Positions 34,712-39,229 of a DNA stretch of 39,229 bases are shown here, in pieces. The stretch spans positions 1 to 39,229 of the forward strand of contig CAYOLR010000002.1 in the NCBI GenBank assembly GCA_964404815.1, read 5' to 3'. Below the pieces are notes generated by a model. The model saw only the letters and a program-made list of their open reading frames with translations. It was not told the origin of the DNA and ran no database searches. Within the stretch, counting starts at the first letter, position 1, and each line of letters starts with the position of its first letter. A program made the position numbers and the translations under genes. Origin of the DNA: an uncultured Halobacteriales archaeon (GTDB lineage: Archaea; Halobacteriota; Halobacteria; Halobacteriales; Hikarchaeaceae).

Positions 34712-35317
34712 ATGGCAACTATCGCTATCATCGGAACGGGGTCGGTCGGCGAGGCGCTCGGCACGGGGTGGGCCGATCGTCACGACATCGTCTACGGGTC
34801 CCGGGCGCCCGAGGACGCCGAAACCGACGGTCTCGGGGATCAACTGCCGGGGACGCTCACCTCTCAGGCTGACGCCGCGGCGCGTGGCGATATCGTCGTC
34901 CTCGCGCTGCCCGGATCGGCCGTCGTCGAAGTGACCGAGTCGATCTCGGCATCGTTGACGGGCAAACCGGTGATCGATTGTACCAACGAATACCCACATC
35001 GGACGGCCGACACGTCGATCGCCGAGCGGGTCGCCGCCGCTGCCCCCGAGGCAGTGGTTGCGAAGGCGTTCAACGCGATCGGGGCGAACCGGATGACCGA
35101 GCCCTCGTTCGCCGACGGAACCGCCTCGATGTTCGTGTGCGGTGATCCCGACGCGGTCAGCACGGCCGCCGACCTCGCCCGAGAGCTGGAATTCGACGTC
35201 ATCGAAGCGGGCGACCTCTCGGCCGCGATCTACCTCGAAGACCTTGCACGGCTCTGGATCCACCTCTCGCGGTCGCACGGCCGTGACATCGGGTTCCGGC
35301 TCCTCCGCGATCGCTGA
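34712..35317 (+). CDS. NpdG-like NADPH-dependent F420 reductase family protein (F420_oxidored Rossmann domain), second copy in window
   Basis: 'MATIAIIGTGSVGEALGTGWA', 'DIVVLALPGSAV' and 'FVCGDPDAVSTAADLARELEFDVIEAGDL'. TATA-like 'GGTTATCT' lies 27 nt upstream (leaderless). Confidence 0.7.
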   Translation: MATIAIIGTGSVGEALGTGWADRHDIVYGSRAPEDAETDGLGDQLPGTLTSQADAAARGDIVVLALPGSAVVEVTESISASLTGKPVIDCTNEYPHRTADTSIAERVAAAAPEAVVAKAFNAIGANRMTEPSFADGTASMFVCGDPDAVSTAADLARELEFDVIEAGDLSAAIYLEDLARLWIHLSRSHGRDIGFRLLRDR

Positions 35318-35326
35318 AACCAGGGG

Positions 35327-35350
35327 GATCGTCGTAATTTATCGGCGATC
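35327..35350 (+). terminator. Hairpin 10 nt downstream of the NpdG-like gene stop
   Basis: GATCGTCG / CGGCGATC forms an 8-bp stem (one G-U pair) with the 8-nt AT-only loop TAATTTAT. No U-tract follows it, so a terminator role is uncertain. Confidence 0.3.
35334..35345. repeat. AT-rich 12-mer GTAATTTATCGG, copy 2 of 2
   Basis: Identical to 7996-8007. It forms the apical part of the 35327-35350 hairpin. Confidence 0.3.
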
Positions 35351-35535
35351 GGGGAGTCCGTCCGGGCGGTCTCGACGAACTCTCCGGCGTGTTTGTTCGG
35401 GCTGCCGTGTGAATCGATGTCCCGACAAGGACGGCATTAACATCGTGGAGGGGCCGCTCCATGTCCTCACGTTCGATATCGGCTGGCGATGACGAAAACC
35501 GGGCTGGCAATTCACTGACCCCGGGAATAGGGCCG

Positions 35536-35793
35536 TCAGTTGGTGGAAACCGGTGTCGAGCGGTGGACCCGCTTGAGGCCGGGGTGTTGTCCCCCAAGCC
35601 GACGGAGCGCTCGGCGGCTGACGACCGGCGATATCGACAAACTCCCGATCGTGAGCGGGACAGTGACGAACGGCGACAGGGAGAGCCCTGCCGCGATATA
35701 GACGAGAGCGATCGCCGACAGGAGAAACGCCACGGCGTGGACGAACAGGTGGATGCCGGCGTAGAGGAGGGCGAGGCGCGGTGTCTGGCTCAT
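35536..35793 (-). CDS. Hypothetical small membrane protein, coupled to the upstream ArsR-type regulator
   Basis: Two to three hydrophobic helices ('LALLYAGIHLFVHAVAFLLSAIALVYIAAGL'). Its ATG overlaps the regulator stop (ATGA at 35790-35793). Confidence 0.5.
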   Translation of the reverse strand: MSQTPRLALLYAGIHLFVHAVAFLLSAIALVYIAAGLSLSPFVTVPLTIGSLSISPVVSRRALRRLGGQHPGLKRVHRSTPVSTN

Positions 35794-36185
35794 GGCCGGT
35801 TACCCTCGATCCGTTTCGACGGACACTGCGGTTGCTCGGCGCCCGGGGTCAATTCGATACAGAGGGCGTCGGTGGCGAGGTCGTAGACCGCCATTTCGAC
35901 CCCCCGCTCGGAGTACCAGGTGTCGACCTGCACGACCAAACCGGCGGCGACGAGCTGGTCGATGTGGTGATGAACGTTCTGGGGGGAGGTTTCGGTCAGG
36001 CCGGCCAAGTCGGTCGCCGTCGCGGGCTCGTCGGCGAGCGCATCGACGATTTCCCGGGCGGTCGTCGACTGGAGGGCCGAAATGACGTCGCCGGTTACCT
36101 CGTCGTCGAGGGCGAGGGACTGGCGGGAACGGGGCGTGGGATCCGTGGAGGGCCGAAGCGGGAGCAGGCTGGACATTGGAATCAC
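35790..36185 (-). CDS. ArsR-family winged-helix transcriptional regulator
   Basis: 'VISALQSTTAREIVDALADEPATATDLAGLTETSPQNVHHHIDQLVAAGLV'. Start is either GTG 36185 or ATG 36176. Confidence 0.75.
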   Translation of the reverse strand: MIPMSSLLPLRPSTDPTPRSRQSLALDDEVTGDVISALQSTTAREIVDALADEPATATDLAGLTETSPQNVHHHIDQLVAAGLVVQVDTWYSERGVEMAVYDLATDALCIELTPGAEQPQCPSKRIEGNRP

Positions 36186-36208
36186 CCCAGGGGAAGGGGA
36201 CGAGCCGT

Positions 36209-36248
36209 GTTCGACTTGTTCGGCTCATTCCGAACAATCGGATCGAAC
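36209..36248. promoter_or_regulatory. Nested inverted repeat (candidate operator) between divergent ArsR-type and GbsR-type regulator genes
   Basis: The inner arms TTGTTCGG (36216-36223) and CCGAACAA (36230-36237) are perfect, with a 6-nt spacer. The outer arms GTTCGA (36209-36214) and TCGAAC (36243-36248) are also complementary. Confidence 0.4.
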
Positions 36249-36250
36249 GG

Positions 36251-36257
36251 TTTAACA
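36251..36257. promoter_or_regulatory. TATA box candidate 'TTTAACA', possibly serving both divergent transcripts
   Basis: The only AT-rich element in the 36186-36319 gap. Adding about 27 nt gives ATG 36282. Subtracting about 27 nt falls inside the palindrome. Confidence 0.35.
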
Positions 36258-36281
36258 CTTACGAATGTGTACCGGAAACCA

Positions 36282-36323
36282 ATGAGTCAGTCGCCCCCCG
36301 ATGGCACGCGCAACCCTCCATGA
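36282..36323 (+). other. Candidate leaderless 13-codon uORF (MSQSPPDGTRNPP*) overlapping the GbsR-type start (ATGA)
   Basis: ATG 36282 lies at the predicted transcript start. The stop TGA (36321-36323) overlaps ATG 36320-36322. Confidence 0.25.
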
Positions 36324-36847
36324 CCCGGGATGCCGTCGACGCGATACGGGAGGACGTCATCCAGTCGATGGAACGTTCCGCGGAGGTCTATGGGCTGAGC
36401 CGGAGTGCGGGCCGGGTGTTCGGAGTCCTCTACTTCGCGGACGAACCCCTGACGATCGGCGAACTCGTCGATCGGACCGGTTACGCGAAGTCGACGATCA
36501 GCAACGTGACCCGTCGATTGACGCGAATCGGAATGCTTCGCCGCCTTTCATCGGCGGGCGGGGGTCGGAAGGTCCAGTTCGAGGCCGAGACCAACGTGTG
36601 GTACATCCTCCAGGACGTCTTCCAACAATACGTCGCCCGCGAAATGCAGGCGTCGCTCCGGACGTTCAAACGCGCGGAACGGCGGCTGGAAGAACTCGAT
36701 GGCGACGACGAATCAGTCGGGGAGATTCGGAAGCGCGTCGAATCGCTCCGTGCGGATTACGACGACCTCGAGGAGCTCGTCAATCTGACCGCAGACCTCT
36801 CGACCGACGAGTTGATCGAAGCGGTTCACGCCTACCGGGCCGAGTGA
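36320..36847 (+). CDS. GbsR/MarR-family transcriptional regulator
   Basis: 'VIQSMERSAEVYGLSRSAGRVFGVLYFADEPLTIGELVDRTGYAKSTISNVTRRL', followed by a coiled-coil C-terminus. Start trimmed from 36176 to ATG 36320. Confidence 0.75.
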   Translation: MTRDAVDAIREDVIQSMERSAEVYGLSRSAGRVFGVLYFADEPLTIGELVDRTGYAKSTISNVTRRLTRIGMLRRLSSAGGGRKVQFEAETNVWYILQDVFQQYVAREMQASLRTFKRAERRLEELDGDDESVGEIRKRVESLRADYDDLEELVNLTADLSTDELIEAVHAYRAE

Positions 36848-36860
36848 GGCGGCGGTCCCC

Positions 36861-37412
36861 TCACCAGTTGACGGTGTAGGTACAGGTGTCGTCGCCGCGA
36901 CGGCGGCAGGTCTCCCCCCGCTCCTCGACGAACACGAAGGCGTCGAGCGGTGCGTAGCGTTTCGCGGCGCCGCGGATGATCCCCCGGTCGAAGACGCACG
37001 GGTACGGGTTGCGACACTCGACCTCGCCCTGGCGGTCGTCGGTCTTCTCGAACCGGTAATGGCCGAGTTCGCCGCCGCGATGGTTCTGCTGGTAGGCCTC
37101 GTCGATCGACCGAAGCCCGTCCTCGACGGATCGTGAGGACGTGGCGAAGCCGGGGACCTTGTGGACCTGTTCGCCGAGTCGGTCCAGGAGGTGGGGTTCG
37201 AGGTCGGCGGCGACCGCCTCGAGGGCGTTGAGCCAGGACTGCTGGGAATACCACCGATCGGGCGACGGGTCGGTGATGCCCTCCGCCGCGAGAACGGAAA
37301 TGGCGGTCTCACGATAGTGATCGGAGAACAGAGGGAGGACCTCGTCGAGGACGGTCACGACCGCCTGACCGTGAATCTCGACGGTGGGATCGAAGGCCTC
37401 GAATTGCGCCAT
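36861..37412 (-). CDS. Hypothetical protein with C-terminal V4R-like (4-vinyl-reductase type) small-molecule-binding domain
   Basis: C-terminal pattern 'ECRNPYPCVFDRGIIRGAA...VFVEERGETCRRRGDDTCTYTV' resembles the V4R C..C.F..G...G ... E..C...GD..C.F signature. TATA 'CTTTTAAGCG' lies 25 nt upstream. Confidence 0.5.
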   Translation of the reverse strand: MAQFEAFDPTVEIHGQAVVTVLDEVLPLFSDHYRETAISVLAAEGITDPSPDRWYSQQSWLNALEAVAADLEPHLLDRLGEQVHKVPGFATSSRSVEDGLRSIDEAYQQNHRGGELGHYRFEKTDDRQGEVECRNPYPCVFDRGIIRGAAKRYAPLDAFVFVEERGETCRRRGDDTCTYTVNW

Positions 37413-37572
37413 GTGCGGGCTAATCCGCTATCGCTTAAAAGCCCTCTTCCATTGCCGGCCCCCTGCGGATCGCGGCCCTTAGTAGCGGACCCGGAATAGG
37501 TGAACTCGGAACCGAGATGGCGGACGACCGCTGCCACGATGTCCGGACGGATCCCGGCGGGGAGCGGCGGCC

Positions 37573-38793
37573 ATGAAACGCGCCCGGTCGGTCGTGGTCG
37601 CGGTCATCATCAGCACCTTCTTCGTCGGGTTCGGTGGCGGGGTCGTCTTCCCGGTCCTGCCGAACCTGGGGGCGGTCCTGGGGATCTCCCCGTTCATGGT
37701 CGGGCTGATCCTGAGCGCGAACCGGTTCGCACGGATCCTGGCCAACGCGCCGGCCGGATCCCTGGTGGACCGAATCGGCACCCGGTGGCCGTTCATCGCC
37801 GGCCTGTTCATCGAGGGGGTCGCCACGCTCGGGTACATCGTCGCCCTCGACTCGGCGTTACCGGCGGCGTGGTTCATCGCCAGCCGGATCCTCTGGGGAC
37901 TGGGGAGCGCGCTCGTGTTCGCCACCGCCTTCACCATCGCGGCGGACGTGAGCGAGGGCCGCTCACGCGGCACCAGCATGGGTGTGGTCCGGGGCGGCCT
38001 CACGCTCGGCTTCCCCGCCGGGCTCGTCATGGGCGGCGTCGTGAGCGACGTCTATGGCGTGTCGACCGCATTCGTCGTCGCGGCGACCTTCGCACTGTTT
38101 GCCAGCCTGATCGCCTACCGACTGGTCCCGGAGACCCACGTCGCCGACCAACGGACGGCGGTCAAACCCTGGGAGCTGGATACGAGCGTCCCGGCGCTCT
38201 CGGTCGGGGTCGTGAACTTCGGGCTGTTTTTCGCCTACCTCGGGGCCCTGTTCGCGACTCTCGTCCTATTCGTCGACTACCACGGCATCAGCGTGTTCGG
38301 GTACGGTCCACAGGGGATGTCAGGGCTGCTGATGGCGATCACCGTCCTCTCGGCGGCGGTGTTCATGCTCGGGGGTGGGAAGTTCAGCGACCTCCAGGGC
38401 AAGCGGACCCCGATCCTGATGGTGTTCCTCGTGGTCACGTTCGCGGGCTTTCTCTTGTTGGCACGGGCTTCGGGGCTCGTCGACCTCGTGATCGCGTGCG
38501 TGCTCATCGGGTCGGGTCAGGGTGGCACCAGCGGCCCGCTGGTGGCGCTGTTGGCGGACTTCACCCCGAACGAGCGGATGGGTCGGGCCATGGGCACCAA
38601 TAACGTCATGGGCGATCTCGGAGGCGGGTTCGGCCCGATGGTAACGCTCCCGCTGGTCGAACTCGTCGGGTTCCCCGCCGTCTACGCGGCCTGCGCGGCC
38701 ATCCCATTGCTCGCCGGATTCCTGTTGCTCGGCGGGGTCTACTCCCAGACCGGCAGTATCGCCCCGGGAACGGAGCCCGCGCTCGACGACTGA
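37573..38793 (+). CDS. MFS transporter
   Basis: About 12 TM helices. MFS loop motif 'GSLVDRIGTRWP' between TM2 and TM3, and a second-half 'GKFSDLQGKR'. Confidence 0.85.
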   Translation: MKRARSVVVAVIISTFFVGFGGGVVFPVLPNLGAVLGISPFMVGLILSANRFARILANAPAGSLVDRIGTRWPFIAGLFIEGVATLGYIVALDSALPAAWFIASRILWGLGSALVFATAFTIAADVSEGRSRGTSMGVVRGGLTLGFPAGLVMGGVVSDVYGVSTAFVVAATFALFASLIAYRLVPETHVADQRTAVKPWELDTSVPALSVGVVNFGLFFAYLGALFATLVLFVDYHGISVFGYGPQGMSGLLMAITVLSAAVFMLGGGKFSDLQGKRTPILMVFLVVTFAGFLLLARASGLVDLVIACVLIGSGQGGTSGPLVALLADFTPNERMGRAMGTNNVMGDLGGGFGPMVTLPLVELVGFPAVYAACAAIPLLAGFLLLGGVYSQTGSIAPGTEPALDD

Positions 38794-38820
38794 TGGGCCG
38801 GAAATCGAACTGGCTGGGCG

Positions 38821-39229
38821 TCAGTCAGCAGTGGCCGACGAATCGTCCTCGGCCTGCATCTTCGTGTGTGTGAGCTTCCCGCCGTCGGCGAGGATATCGC
38901 GCTCGCGCTGGGAGGCATCAAGCCATGCCTCGGCCTCCCATTCGTCGTTGACGCGAACGGTGAACTCCTCGGCGCCCGATCGGACGGCCGCGGCGACGTC
39001 CTCGACGATCTCGATGTCGTCGCCCTGGTCGATCCGCTCGTAGGTCTCCTCGTCGATCGTCAGCGGGATCAGCCCGAAATTGAACAGGTTGGCGCGGTGG
39101 ATCCGGGCGAAGCTCTGGGCGAGGACCCCCTCGATGCCGAGGTACATTGGACAGAGCGCCGCGTGCTCGCGGGAGGATCCCTGTCCGTAATTTTCGCCCG
39201 CGACGAGGAACCCGCCCTCGGCGTCGAGC
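38821..39229 (-). CDS. acn: Aconitate hydratase (mitochondrial-type), C-terminal portion (5' end outside window)
   Basis: The frame is open to the window edge. My translation upstream of the track Met is 'LDAEGGFLVAGENYGQGSSREHAALCPMYLGIEGVLAQSFARIHRANL', the aconitase swivel-domain motif. Confidence 0.85.
   Translation of the reverse strand, partial: LDAEGGFLVAGENYGQGSSREHAALCPMYLGIEGVLAQSFARIHRANLFNFGLIPLTIDEETYERIDQGDDIEIVEDVAAAVRSGAEEFTVRVNDEWEAEAWLDASQRERDILADGGKLTHTKMQAEDDSSATAD

Noticed and set aside
35461-35886. 141-aa plus-strand ORF beginning in the 35318-35535 spacer
   Set aside because: Most of it is antisense to the mini membrane protein and ArsR genes. It has an Arg-rich composition and no motif.
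37500-38603. 367-aa plus-strand ORF in an alternative frame of the MFS gene
   Set aside because: The Arg/Gly/Pro-rich translation has no TM helices. The 37573 frame gives a canonical 12-TM MFS protein.
1-39229. Search for CRISPR arrays, IS elements, integrases, tRNA-flanked islands, rRNA genes and compositional islands
   Set aside because: By eye I saw no regularly spaced repeats, no transposase- or integrase-like ORFs, no terminal inverted repeats and no obvious GC shift. This is a visual scan only and was not computed.

Overview
This is a GC-rich (about two-thirds G+C by eye, not computed), gene-dense chromosomal segment that looks haloarchaeal (class Halobacteria). The evidence is strongly acidic proteins, an HTH_10/Bat-type regulator, Tat/lipobox lipoproteins and DUF families typical of haloarchaea. 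Most genes also carry a TATA-like AT-rich hexamer centred about 25-31 nt upstream of the start codon, which implies leaderless mRNAs.

I call 53 protein-coding genes, two of them cut by the window edges. I found no rRNA, tRNA, CRISPR array, transposase, integrase or other mobile-element signature.

Most of the content is housekeeping:
- Translation, GTPases and secretion: ABCE1, aIF1/SUI1, NOG1 and EngB GTPases, RimI, Sec61beta.
- Cofactor, redox and metabolism: thioredoxin, HisE, CofE, NpdG, aconitase, 2-oxoacid dehydrogenase E1 alpha/beta.
- Proteases: archaemetzincin, rhomboid.

The less ordinary parts are:
1. A same-strand cluster headed by a Nudix::eIF-2B/ribose-1,5-bisphosphate-isomerase-family fusion, followed by a second Nudix, a D-2-hydroxyacid dehydrogenase and a PNPOx-fold protein.
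2. A compact F420-type redox module: a PPOX-class enzyme, a tandem SagB/nitroreductase-fold protein and a second NpdG-like reductase. It sits in a window that also encodes CofE and NpdG.
3. A translationally coupled MoxR-DUF58-transglutaminase triad.
4. A regulator-rich right end: an ArsR plus mini membrane protein operon, a divergent GbsR-type regulator, a V4R-like ligand-binding protein and an MFS transporter. The divergent pair shares a nested palindrome, one TATA element and a possible leaderless 13-codon uORF.

I do not see a clear-cut new multi-gene system such as a defence island. The items above are the best candidates for follow-up, and all functional links are inferences from motifs I recognised by eye. 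No searches were run.

Several ORF-track starts are N-terminal over-extensions and were trimmed. One real gene, Sec61beta (52 aa), is absent from the track because it is shorter than 60 aa. The many long antisense ORFs are GC-driven artefacts.
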